From an archaeon (GTDB lineage: Archaea; Aenigmatarchaeota; Aenigmatarchaeia; GW2011-AR5): DNA of 36,273 nt. The stretch spans positions 1 through 36,273 of the forward strand of contig JACPVU010000034.1 of the NCBI GenBank assembly GCA_016191585.1, written 5' to 3'. Shown piece by piece: positions 24,660-33,250 of this stretch (positions are counted from its first letter, which is position 1; each line of letters begins with the position of its first letter). The position numbers and the translations under genes are program-made. The notes beneath the pieces were generated by a model. That model made no database searches, was not told the origin of the DNA, and worked only from the letters and a program-made list of their open reading frames with translations.

Positions 24660-25304
24660 TCTCTTTATTTTTTTATGAGCTTTTGCGATCGGAGAAATAA
24701 AGTGAATCAATTGATTTGACCTCTGACCTTCAAATGTTGTTTTTCTCTTTAGTATGGCTTTTCTAAGGCCTTCTGCATCAGTTACATCGGCAAGGGTATA
24801 TGCTTTGCCGACCTCCCATGATGTATGGGCATCACTGCCAGCAGTGAATGAAAGTCTGTTTTTCCTCGCAAAATTCAGCGCCTTTTTATTTTCTTCATCA
24901 CTCAGACACCTTGAATTGAAAACTTCTATTGCATCTACCTTGTTTTTTATTTCTTCTATTCTCTTGAAAGGCTTTTTAGACCTGAAAGGATGGGAAACAG
25001 TTATCAGGCCATTCTGGCTTCTTATCTCGTCTATCACTTCAAGAAGAGACCTGGATCGTATTTCTTCTGTAAGAAAAAGGCCTATAAGTTCACCCACTGT
25101 CCTGTTATTTTCTTTTATTTTGATTTCCATACCAGGAATTATTATGAAATTCCTTATGTTTTTCAGCTGGTTGCAAGCCTTCATTGTATCGTGGTCTGTA
25201 ACAGCTATCCCGTCAACCCGCTTTTTTGCTATTTCAATAAGCTTAAGGGGCGGAATTATTCCATCCTTTGAGCAGTTTGTGTGTGTGTGAAGATCAAACC
25301 TCAT
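24645..25304 (-). CDS. PHP-domain metal-dependent phosphoesterase
   Basis: MRFDLHTHTNCSKDG, AVTDHDT, VSHPF and GSDAHT are the PHP His/Asp motifs. Its 3' end overlaps the 24090-24659 gene by 15 nt in convergent orientation. Confidence 0.8.
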   Translation of the reverse strand: MRFDLHTHTNCSKDGIIPPLKLIEIAKKRVDGIAVTDHDTMKACNQLKNIRNFIIIPGMEIKIKENNRTVGELIGLFLTEEIRSRSLLEVIDEIRSQNGLITVSHPFRSKKPFKRIEEIKNKVDAIEVFNSRCLSDEENKKALNFARKNRLSFTAGSDAHTSWEVGKAYTLADVTDAEGLRKAILKRKTTFEGQRSNQLIHFISPIAKAHKKIKRLLPS

Positions 25305-25329
25305 ATCTTATTGATTCAATACAGGTAGT

Positions 25330-25337
25330 TTTAAATA
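25330..25337. promoter_or_regulatory. TATA-box-like TTTAAATA upstream of the PHP gene
   Basis: It lies 26-33 nt upstream of the minus-strand ATG at 25304, in the divergent region shared with vapBC. Confidence 0.35.
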
Positions 25338-25395
25338 CATTATTTATAATCTTATTGTGTTCATGCATGCCTATCAGTACAACATTGGTGGTGCG

Positions 25396-25593
25396 ATGAA
25401 AGTCATATCTAAGACAAAGAAAATAGGCGGTTCGATAATGGTCAGGATACCGAAGGATCTGGCGGAGGCAGAAGGTATAACAGAAAACCAGACCGTCGAG
25501 ATAGAGATCAGGAAACCCAAAAAAGACTTTTTTGGCGCGTTAAAAGGCATAGGCAGCTTTACAAAAGAAGATGAGTTGAATACTCATGAATAA
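25396..25593 (+). CDS. vapB: AbrB/SpoVT-type antitoxin (VapB-like)
   Basis: KKIGGSIMVRIPKDLAEAEGITENQTVEIEI is a swapped-hairpin AbrB-like fold motif. GGTGG lies before the ATG at 25396. It overlaps the PIN gene by 8 nt. Confidence 0.75.
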   Translation: MKVISKTKKIGGSIMVRIPKDLAEAEGITENQTVEIEIRKPKKDFFGALKGIGSFTKEDELNTHE

Positions 25594-25972
25594 GTTTGTT
25601 ATTGATTCGTGGGCGTGGATAGAATATCTTAATGGTACACAGAGGGGCCTGAAGGCTCGTGAGATAATACAAAAATCCGATAATGAAATATTTACAAATG
25701 TCATATCCCTATCTGAAATAATTAGCGTAGCAAAAAGAAAGAATATGGATATTGATACGGCAGAAGAAGCCGTATTGTCAAACTCAGAGATAATAGGAAT
25801 AGACCAAGATACTGCTAGAGAAACAGGTTTGTTGCACGCCCAAACGAGAAAGAGTATAAGAGATTTTGGCTTGGGGGACGCCTTCGTACTTTTTGCAGCA
25901 AGAAAAATCAACGCAAGAATTCTGACAGGCGATCCACATTTCAAAGGATTTAAAGAAACAGTCTTTATTTAG
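25586..25972 (+). CDS. vapC: PIN-domain toxin (VapC-like)
   Basis: 128 aa. Acidic residues sit in the PIN pattern: VIDSWAWIEY, LSEIISV, GLGDAFVLFAA, TGDPHF. Confidence 0.8.
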   Translation: MNKFVIDSWAWIEYLNGTQRGLKAREIIQKSDNEIFTNVISLSEIISVAKRKNMDIDTAEEAVLSNSEIIGIDQDTARETGLLHAQTRKSIRDFGLGDAFVLFAARKINARILTGDPHFKGFKETVFI

Positions 25973-26035
25973 CAATACTTATGTCATTTTACCGTGGGGT
26001 GTATTGATGTGTCGATACCAGATTTCATACAGAAA

Positions 26036-26371
26036 ATGAGCAATGTAGAATGGATCATACCAAAGACCTATAAAGTAGGCATGCAGGTCCCGGCAAAGAT
26101 TATTGCAAGTCAGGACATAGTTGCTAACATGGATATGCAGGTCTACGACCAAATAACAAATGTAGCTACATTGCCAGGAATAATCAACCACGCTTATTGC
26201 ATGCCCGACGGTCACAGCGGCTACGGTTTTCCAATAGGCGGCGTAGCAGCATTCGACCTCAAGAAAGGCATCATATCCCCCGGTGGCATTGGATTTGATA
26301 TCAACTGCACCCATCCCAATAGTAAGATACTTTGCAAGTTGGGCTATTGGAAAAAAATAAAGGATATATAG
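26036..26371 (+). CDS. rtcB: RtcB tRNA-splicing ligase N-extein plus first residues of the intein (frame 2)
   Basis: [47 protein letters not shown] is near-canonical RtcB. The intein Cys1 follows at 26306. The frame ends at 26371. Confidence 0.85.
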   Translation: MSNVEWIIPKTYKVGMQVPAKIIASQDIVANMDMQVYDQITNVATLPGIINHAYCMPDGHSGYGFPIGGVAAFDLKKGIISPGGIGFDINCTHPNSKILCKLGYWKKIKDI

Positions 26372-27648
26372 AAGGTGAGATAAAGGCAGAGAACCTGTAC
26401 ACTAATGACAGAATAATGGTGTACCCTTATAAAGGCGTAGAATATGAAGAGCCAACTGACGATATTGTTCTTGATAGAAAGAACATAGAAGATGCGCTAG
26501 ATCAATTAGGTATTAAAAATGACGGCAATGCAAGAATTCAGATATTCAAGTTTTTGGATAAGTTAGAAATACTTCCGATTCGATATAATTCCGCAAAGCT
26601 TCCGATATTATTAAAATTAATGGGATTTATCTTTGGTGATGGCGTCATTTCATTTGTAAACAAAAGAACAGGCTTTATTCATTTTTACGGCAAAAGAGAA
26701 GATCTTGAGGAAATTGCAATAGATTTGATGGAACTTGGTATACCGTCTAAAATAAATGAGAGACAGAGAAAACATAAAATTGTGACGTATTATGATGAAA
26801 TAAAATTTGATTTCGTAGAAAATTCTATAATTAAAAAATCCACGGCTCTTTCTGCACTTTTTATGGCCCTTGGTATGCCATTCGGATCAAAAACGTCTAA
26901 AGAATATCATATACCAAAATGGATATTTAATTGTCGCCTTTGGCAAAAAAGGCTGTTTTTGGCCGCCTTTTTTGGTGCAGAATTATCAAAACCGGCAACT
27001 TTAAATAAATACAATTTTTATTCGCCCCAACTTAATATGAATAAGCTTGAAAGCCTGGTGCACAACGGCATAGATTTTCTTAATGAGATTAGGCTTTTAC
27101 TTTCTGAATTCGAAATAAGTACAGCGCAACCTGTAAAAGTCAGCGGATATCAATACAATGGTGCATACGGAAAAACTACTGGACTTAGACTGCTGATACA
27201 TGGCAACCCAAGAAACCTTCTTAATCTGTATGAGAAAATCAACTTTGAATACAATAAGGAAAAGAAAACTGAGGCGTGTTTGGCAATAAGCTATATACGT
27301 CTTAAAAATTTCATAAAAGATAAGCGGAAATTTATTAGAGAATCTGCAAAAAACCTTTACGATAATGGTATAAGCATAAATGAAATTCGACCATTATTTA
27401 CGGCTGAATTTACGCCTGAACAATTTATTAATCATTCTGTCTGGACAAAATTCAAGAGTTCTCCCAGAATCGCATTCGCCTTTATGTCATTTGAGGAATT
27501 CAAAAATCAATATCGTATAGGTTCTAATGGCATAGTTGCTGAAAAAATAGCAGAAATAAAGAAAATTCCTTATAATGGATATGTCTATGATGTAACTATG
27601 AATGATTCTAATCATAATTTCATTGCTGATTCTATAGTATCGCATAAC
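26306..27648 (+). mobile_element. Intein with a LAGLIDADG homing endonuclease, inserted before the catalytic Cys of RtcB
   Basis: Boundaries are DIN|C...SHN|CG. The two LAGLIDADG motifs are LMGFIFGDG (about 26611-26650) and [11 protein letters not shown] (about 26953-26993). The length of 1343 nt is not divisible by 3. Spot G+C counts are 18/60 at 26581-26640 against 33/60 in the extein at 28621-28680. Confidence 0.85.
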
Positions 27649-28809
27649 TGTGGCATGAGGCTTTTGAAAACAAACCTTACTATTGATGACGTGAAACCAC
27701 GTCTGAAAGAAATTGTCAATCTTTTGTTTCAGCGTGTCCCTGCTGGCGTTGGTTCTTCAGGCTTCATGAAATTTACGCGCGACCAGTTCAAAGAAGTGGT
27801 CACAGAAGGCAGCAAATGGTGCGTAGAAAAGGGATACGGCTGGGACGAAGACCTGAAGAGAACAGAGGAAAACGGCTGCATGGAAGGCGCTGATACTGCT
27901 GCTGTCAGCAAAAGAGCCATCGACCGCGGCATAACACAGATCGGTACTCTGGGCTCAGGCAACCACTATCTGGAAATACAGGTCGTCAAGGGGGAAAACA
28001 TATTTGAAAAACACATAGCAAAAGAATTTGGCTTGTTCCCCGGACAAATAGTTGTGATGTTTCACTGCGGTTCACGCGGTTTCGGCCACCAGATAGGAAC
28101 TGACTATCTTGAACTGTTTTTGGACGTAATGGAAAAGAAATACGGGATAAAGATACTTGATAAAGAGCTTGCGTGCGCGCCTTTTGAAAGTAAGGAGGGC
28201 CAGGATTACTACAAGGCAATGAAGTGCGCTGTGAACATGAGCTTCGCCAACAGGCAGGTCATATTGCACAGGGTACGTGAATGTTTCTCGCAGATCTTCA
28301 AGAAGACTCCTGAGGAAATGGAAATGCACCAGATATATGACGTGGCGCACAACATAGCAAAAATAGAGAAGCACGACGTCAATGGCACAGAGAAAGAAGT
28401 GCTCGTACACAGGAAAGGCGCTACAAGATCATTCGGACCAGGGAGAGAGGAAATTGTAGAAGAATACCGTCATCTTGGCCAGCCTGTAATTATTGGAGGT
28501 TCGATGGAAACAGGTTCCTATCTTCTCCTGGGCACGGAAAAAGCCATGAAGGAAACCTTTGGCACAACAGCTCATGGATCAGGCCGTACCATGAGCAGAA
28601 CACGCGCGAAGCAGCTCTTCCGCGGCGACAAGCTGCAGAAGGACATGGAAAACCGCGGCATTTATGTCAAGACAGTCAGCATGTCCGGCCTTGCCGAGGA
28701 AGCGGGCGCAGCGTACAAGGACGTCGACGAGGTCATAAACGCGACCCATGACGCAGGCATATCAAAAAAGGTCGTCAAACTCGTGCCGATCGGAAACGTG
28801 AAGGGATAA
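26332..28809 (+). CDS. rtcB: RtcB intein remainder (LAGLIDADG endonuclease) plus the RtcB C-extein (frame 1)
   Basis: The intein ends ...IVSHN at 27648. The C-extein [10 protein letters not shown]...[10 protein letters not shown]...[10 protein letters not shown]...HRKGATR...TAHGSGR... is collinear with archaeal RtcB. Confidence 0.9.
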   Translation: MQVGLLEKNKGYIEGEIKAENLYTNDRIMVYPYKGVEYEEPTDDIVLDRKNIEDALDQLGIKNDGNARIQIFKFLDKLEILPIRYNSAKLPILLKLMGFIFGDGVISFVNKRTGFIHFYGKREDLEEIAIDLMELGIPSKINERQRKHKIVTYYDEIKFDFVENSIIKKSTALSALFMALGMPFGSKTSKEYHIPKWIFNCRLWQKRLFLAAFFGAELSKPATLNKYNFYSPQLNMNKLESLVHNGIDFLNEIRLLLSEFEISTAQPVKVSGYQYNGAYGKTTGLRLLIHGNPRNLLNLYEKINFEYNKEKKTEACLAISYIRLKNFIKDKRKFIRESAKNLYDNGISINEIRPLFTAEFTPEQFINHSVWTKFKSSPRIAFAFMSFEEFKNQYRIGSNGIVAEKIAEIKKIPYNGYVYDVTMNDSNHNFIADSIVSHNCGMRLLKTNLTIDDVKPRLKEIVNLLFQRVPAGVGSSGFMKFTRDQFKEVVTEGSKWCVEKGYGWDEDLKRTEENGCMEGADTAAVSKRAIDRGITQIGTLGSGNHYLEIQVVKGENIFEKHIAKEFGLFPGQIVVMFHCGSRGFGHQIGTDYLELFLDVMEKKYGIKILDKELACAPFESKEGQDYYKAMKCAVNMSFANRQVILHRVRECFSQIFKKTPEEMEMHQIYDVAHNIAKIEKHDVNGTEKEVLVHRKGATRSFGPGREEIVEEYRHLGQPVIIGGSMETGSYLLLGTEKAMKETFGTTAHGSGRTMSRTRAKQLFRGDKLQKDMENRGIYVKTVSMSGLAEEAGAAYKDVDEVINATHDAGISKKVVKLVPIGNVKG

Positions 28810-28860
28810 AATTACGAATGTTTGGGGTCTTTTGCCTAAAATCGAGGTCGGTGAGCCGTT

Positions 28861-29886
28861 TTATGAAAAACCTGTATAAGGATAATTCAATACCAATTCG
28901 CCATTTGAATTTCTTAGATATAAGGTATCACCATCATTATTCCAAATGGCATTACATGAATAACCGCTACTGCACCAATAAAATTGTGTTTTTGTATCGG
29001 TTCCGCAACCTGTATAAAGTGTTACTGTCTTTCCACTCTCTAAAACAAATATTGGAAAAACATAAGGATTTCGTGATGATTCATCTTTAACTGTCCAACT
29101 CGTTAAATCACAGGAGTAAGAGCAGGTATTTACAAATTTCACATATTCGCCATTCAAGTTATCACAATCGTTACCTTCTGCGTTCCATTTGAAATAAGAA
29201 ATTCCTACGCATCTATTATCACAGATATTTTCGCCAGTTGGTTGTTTCCATATATTTAGTTTTAATGTTTTTGCTTCATTTTCTGCATTTCTTAGAGAAG
29301 TTTCATATTTTGTATTTGGTTGAAGGATATAAACAGTTGCATAACCTTCTTTGACTAACTGTAAATTCACAAACAAGTTATCAATAAATACATATCTTAG
29401 AAGTCTGCCATATTGGTCTTTATCTTCAATATCGTCTTCTAAAACTACATTTTTACCTTCTACAAGTTTCTTTAATCTATCAGTAGATTCTTGATAGTAA
29501 GGTTGTCCTCTTTCAGGTGTATTTATTCCAAGTAGTCTGACTTCTATGTTATTTGATAATTCAATACTGTCACCATCTATCACTCTGGATGCGAAGGCGG
29601 TAGATTTGTTAAGTGTTGTTTCTTGTCCAGAAGGTTCAATTATCTGTCGTGTGCAAGATTGCGATTCGGTTGGTTTACTTATAGTAGCCTCACAATTATT
29701 TTGATCTATGCAGGTTCTTGTTTGTTTTCCGAAGGAACTACATTCAGACCATCCAGTGCATTGCCAATTTGGAGCGCAAGGTGGTGTCCTAGAAGGTGAT
29801 GTAATTTGTCCTGTTTGAGTGCAACCACTTATGAAAACTACACCAATTAATAGAATTGCCATTATAAGAGCATAATTTATCTTCAT
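28861..29886 (-). CDS. Lipoprotein-type secreted staphylococcal-nuclease (SNase) homologue with a Cys-rich module and a C-terminal lamin-tail domain
   Basis: A signal peptide plus lipobox-like FISGC. A Cys-rich module reads CAPNWQCTGWSECSSFGKQTRTCIDQNNC. The SNase core is VIDGDSIEL...VRLLGINTPE...YGRLLRYV. The LTD-like tail is NAEGNDCDNLNGEYVKFVN...WNNDGDTLYLRNSNGELV. Confidence 0.8.
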   Translation of the reverse strand: MKINYALIMAILLIGVVFISGCTQTGQITSPSRTPPCAPNWQCTGWSECSSFGKQTRTCIDQNNCEATISKPTESQSCTRQIIEPSGQETTLNKSTAFASRVIDGDSIELSNNIEVRLLGINTPERGQPYYQESTDRLKKLVEGKNVVLEDDIEDKDQYGRLLRYVFIDNLFVNLQLVKEGYATVYILQPNTKYETSLRNAENEAKTLKLNIWKQPTGENICDNRCVGISYFKWNAEGNDCDNLNGEYVKFVNTCSYSCDLTSWTVKDESSRNPYVFPIFVLESGKTVTLYTGCGTDTKTQFYWCSSGYSCNAIWNNDGDTLYLRNSNGELVLNYPYTGFS

Positions 29887-30152
29887 AATAGTCAGTGCCT
29901 TTTTAATCTTATAAATCTTCTTATTTAAGATTTCTTTGTGCGAGTCGACCGATTGGACTTAACAGGCTTTAGCGAATTGTTGTGTAAATTGACGGATGAT
30001 TTGTAATTTTCACTATAAATACCTTCTTTTACCATATTTTATAGTAGGTTCGAATAATATCGGAACTTTTTATTGAACCTGCTATACTGTATGTTTAGTA
30101 TAAAATGTTCTGAAATCAACCGAATATACTTTTAGTTCACGAAGGTATAAGA

Positions 30153-30881
30153 ATGAAGCCGAAATACAGCATAATCATAGCGACGAAAAACGAGGAAGAA
30201 TCTATTGCAAAAGTCATTTGTTCTTTTCCTGAAAATGTGAGAAAACAATCAGAAATCATTGTAGTCGACTCTTCCACGGACCATACGCCGATAATAGCTG
30301 AAAAGCTCGGGGTAAAGGTCATTCATGAGAAAGGCAAGGGAAAGGGATGCGCAATGAAAACAGGAGTCGACGCAAGCAAGGGTGACATCGTAATATTTAT
30401 GGACGGCGACGGCACTGATCCACCAAGCTTTATTCCGAAATTGTTGAAAAAACTGGAACATGCAGATCTCGTTCTTGGCTCAAGGTCAATGAAAGAATTC
30501 CCTGAAGACGATCCTATGATGAGGCGCATCTTCAGGTTCTATGGACAGTTATCTGTACGGCCTATATTCAGGATGGCTGGATTCAAAGTAAAGGGGGATC
30601 CCTTGGCTGGTTTCCGCGCAATCCGGAAAAATGACTGGTATAGAATGGATTTGAAGAGCAATGACTTCCGCATAGAAGCAGAGATGAATATGCGTGCTGT
30701 AAAACTCGGCTTCAGAACAGGCGAAATACCGATACCACATCTTAAGCGTGGTGGCGGTTTGATGAAGAGCAAGCTCGTCACAAGCCCTAAGATGTGGATA
30801 AAGATAATGAACATACCGCTGAAGGAGATAAAGGACGAGAAGATAAAAAACAGGCTGAAGACAAAGATCAACATGCAGTAA
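30153..30881 (+). CDS. Family 2 glycosyltransferase (dolichyl-phosphate sugar synthase-like)
   Basis: YSIIIATKNEEESI, EIIVVDSSTDHT and IVIFMDGDGTD (the DxD motif). Confidence 0.8.
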   Translation: MKPKYSIIIATKNEEESIAKVICSFPENVRKQSEIIVVDSSTDHTPIIAEKLGVKVIHEKGKGKGCAMKTGVDASKGDIVIFMDGDGTDPPSFIPKLLKKLEHADLVLGSRSMKEFPEDDPMMRRIFRFYGQLSVRPIFRMAGFKVKGDPLAGFRAIRKNDWYRMDLKSNDFRIEAEMNMRAVKLGFRTGEIPIPHLKRGGGLMKSKLVTSPKMWIKIMNIPLKEIKDEKIKNRLKTKINMQ

Positions 30882-31039
30882 GCGAATCAACTATGATTGC
30901 TTTTATTCTCTAATTAGTAAAGAAGTTCAGAATTGGTTTTATTGTTGTTTCTAAAACATACAGCATAGAAAAATGCGTAGATAGTCTTTTGAATGCTTAT
31001 TTAGGCTTTTGAATATGTTTTCAACAAAGCCCTTATTCA

Positions 31040-31744
31040 TCAATTCCAGTAACTTCTGATGTAGGAATGATTAAGAAAGTAAATGACAGTAGATTTAAAA
31101 TAAGTTCTTATCGTTCTGAACAAGCCCCATTTTTTTACCCTTCTGGTGGAAGTTCCGACACGTATGTCATTAAAATAAACAAATCTCTTCATCTTGGAAA
31201 TTCTGTCTGCAACGTCATGGTCTTCGTTTGTTAAAAATTTTGTATCGAAACCGCCCGATTTTTCAAACAATGGTTTTCTGTATATGAAACAGCTTCCTGT
31301 AGTCATTGGAACACCTATGGATATCATGAACCTTGCAATCACGTTTGCAATCTTGTAATTCTTGGCGACAAGATAGCTGTCAGCGTCGTATGGAATCAGT
31401 TTGCATATGCCTCCTCCTATATCTTTTGAAAATTCTTTTTCAAGCCTTTCAAGAAAATCTTCCTCAAACCTGACGTCGGCATCAGCAAAAATAAGAATCT
31501 CGCCCCTGGCATTTTTTGCCCCCTTGTTTCTGGCTGCTCCAGGACCCCTGATACCTTCAAACATAACCTTTGCTTTGTGTTTCTTTGCTATTTTAATTGT
31601 CTTGTCATCGCTGTAAGAATCGACAACAATAACCTCGTGGTCTTTTCTCCTCTGCTTCTCTATAGAACCAAGGCACCGACCTATAAATTTTTCCTCACGG
31701 AATGTCGGTATAATAAATGAAAATTTAATTCTAGTCTTTTTCAT
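31040..31744 (-). CDS. Family 2 glycosyltransferase
   Basis: FSFIIPTFREEKFI, EVIVVDSYSDDKT and ILIFADADV (the DxD motif). Confidence 0.8.
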   Translation of the reverse strand: MKKTRIKFSFIIPTFREEKFIGRCLGSIEKQRRKDHEVIVVDSYSDDKTIKIAKKHKAKVMFEGIRGPGAARNKGAKNARGEILIFADADVRFEEDFLERLEKEFSKDIGGGICKLIPYDADSYLVAKNYKIANVIARFMISIGVPMTTGSCFIYRKPLFEKSGGFDTKFLTNEDHDVADRISKMKRFVYFNDIRVGTSTRRVKKWGLFRTIRTYFKSTVIYFLNHSYIRSYWN

Positions 31745-31875
31745 TGAACGACTACTCCTTTCTTAAAAATTGGAAACAATTAATATTATTTTATCGTAAT
31801 TTTTTTCTTAAGCTTAAATATTACTGGTATCGCAGCTTTAACTAGCTGCATAATAATTATTTGTGTAGTGGTCGT

Positions 31876-32307
31876 ATGGCATACAAATATATCGAAGGTC
31901 TTACAATGGCAGACATAGCTTTCGAGGCATCAGGCAAAACACTTGATAAGATGTTTGAATCGGCGGGATTGGCTGTCACGAACACTATGGTCAAAGACCT
32001 CAAGTCCGTCAGACATAAAATAAAGAAGACAGTCAAACTGAAAAACAAAGATATTAGCAGGTTATTGTTCAATTTTTTGCAGGAATTTGTATACTGGAAA
32101 GACTCAAAATGTCTGCTATTTCCGAAGGTCAGCGTCAAAATAAAAGAGACAAAAGGTGTGTACAATCTTGCAGCTACTTTTTATGGCGACAAGCTCGACA
32201 TGAAAAAACACGAGCTGATTGTCGACGTCAAAGCAGTAACAATGCATAAGTTTGAAGTGAAGAAAGAAAAAACATGCTGGAAATGCATAGTCATTCTGGA
32301 TATTTAA
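31876..32307 (+). CDS. Archease (RtcB activator)
   Basis: [33 protein letters not shown]..., [11 protein letters not shown] and the C-terminal CIVILDI fit the archease family. I chose the ATG at 31876. Confidence 0.75.
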   Translation: MAYKYIEGLTMADIAFEASGKTLDKMFESAGLAVTNTMVKDLKSVRHKIKKTVKLKNKDISRLLFNFLQEFVYWKDSKCLLFPKVSVKIKETKGVYNLAATFYGDKLDMKKHELIVDVKAVTMHKFEVKKEKTCWKCIVILDI

Positions 32308-33178
32308 TCGTTAAAATCTTCAAAGTCCGGCGTCTTTTCTTAGTTCTTCTGCCTTGTCCGGAACGGTCGACTTTCGAGGGGTCCTTGCCTGAGAAAGCGC
32401 CGCCGCCGTGCCTGCCTATTCCGCCGTAAGTGTCAGCTATTATCTTTCGCCCTGTTACGCCCGTGTCACCTTCAGGACCGCCGATTATGAACCTGCCTGT
32501 TGCGTTTATGAACAGTTTAGTTTCAGCATCAATATAACTTCCGCAAACAGGCTTGATTACATTCTCAATTATATCTTTTTTCAATTCGTTTTCATCAATT
32601 TCTTCCCTATGCTGCTGTGCTATTACAATGGCGTCAACGCGCTTCGGTTTTTCGTTCTCGTATTCAATAGTTACCTGGCTCTTTCCGTCAGGTCCCAGGT
32701 GCTTGATTATGTTGTTCTTTCTTACGTAAGCCATCCGTTCTGTGAGTCTGTGTGAAAGAATTATCGGTAATGGCATAAGTTCAGGGGTTTCGTTGCACGC
32801 AAAACCGTACATCATTCCCTGGTCTCCGGCGCCCTGTTCCCTGTCATCTTTCTCGGTCACGCCAAGAGAAATATCAGGCGACTGTTCATGGATAGAAACT
32901 AAAACACCTGCGTCGTAGCAGTCGATTCCAAAAGCCGGGTCTGTATAGCCTATTTCTTTTAACGTATTTCTTACTGTCTTCTGGACATCAACATAAGCCG
33001 TTGTTGTAACCTCGCCTGCGACAACCACGAGCCCTGTCGTCGTCAGCGTCTCAACAGCAACACGGCCGTTAGGGTCCTGTTTGTATATCTCATCCAGAAT
33101 CGCATCGCTTATCTGGTCACAGATTTTGTCAGGGTGCCCATCGGTTACAGATTCGCTTGTTATGAAATATTTTCTCAT
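32291..33178 (-). CDS. metK: Bacterial-type S-adenosylmethionine synthetase, internally deleted or truncated
   Basis: [37 protein letters not shown] and [31 protein letters not shown] are canonical MetK. After DRS the frame reads basic junk into the archease gene. About 100 aa of the C-terminal domain is absent. Confidence 0.85.
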   Translation of the reverse strand: MRKYFITSESVTDGHPDKICDQISDAILDEIYKQDPNGRVAVETLTTTGLVVVAGEVTTTAYVDVQKTVRNTLKEIGYTDPAFGIDCYDAGVLVSIHEQSPDISLGVTEKDDREQGAGDQGMMYGFACNETPELMPLPIILSHRLTERMAYVRKNNIIKHLGPDGKSQVTIEYENEKPKRVDAIVIAQQHREEIDENELKKDIIENVIKPVCGSYIDAETKLFINATGRFIIGGPEGDTGVTGRKIIADTYGGIGRHGGGAFSGKDPSKVDRSGQGRRTKKRRRTLKILTIKYPE

Positions 33179-33250
33179 TTGATACCACTTGTTTTTACAT
33201 TATAGCAATACAAGGAAATAAGCAAGTTATTACTTTCTTGTTTGCTATAT

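Noticed and set aside
24754-25290. 178-aa plus-strand ORF opposite the PHP gene
   Set aside because: It is S/F/L-rich antisense-type sequence. The PHP motifs are on the minus strand.
25979-26314. 111-aa minus-strand ORF opposite the RtcB N-extein
   Set aside because: The plus strand is near-canonical RtcB.
25396-28809. VapBC directly upstream of rtcB read as a toxin and RNA-repair module
   Set aside because: The genes are only 64 nt apart. However, to my knowledge PIN-domain nucleases are metal-dependent and leave 3'-OH / 5'-phosphate ends. RtcB instead joins 3'-phosphate or 2',3'-cyclic phosphate ends to 5'-OH ends. Adjacency alone does not support a functional link.
30047-30055. GGTTCGAAT T-loop-like string in the 29887-30152 intergenic region
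   Set aside because: There is no complementary T-stem or cloverleaf around it, and the surrounding A+T-rich sequence looks like promoter DNA.
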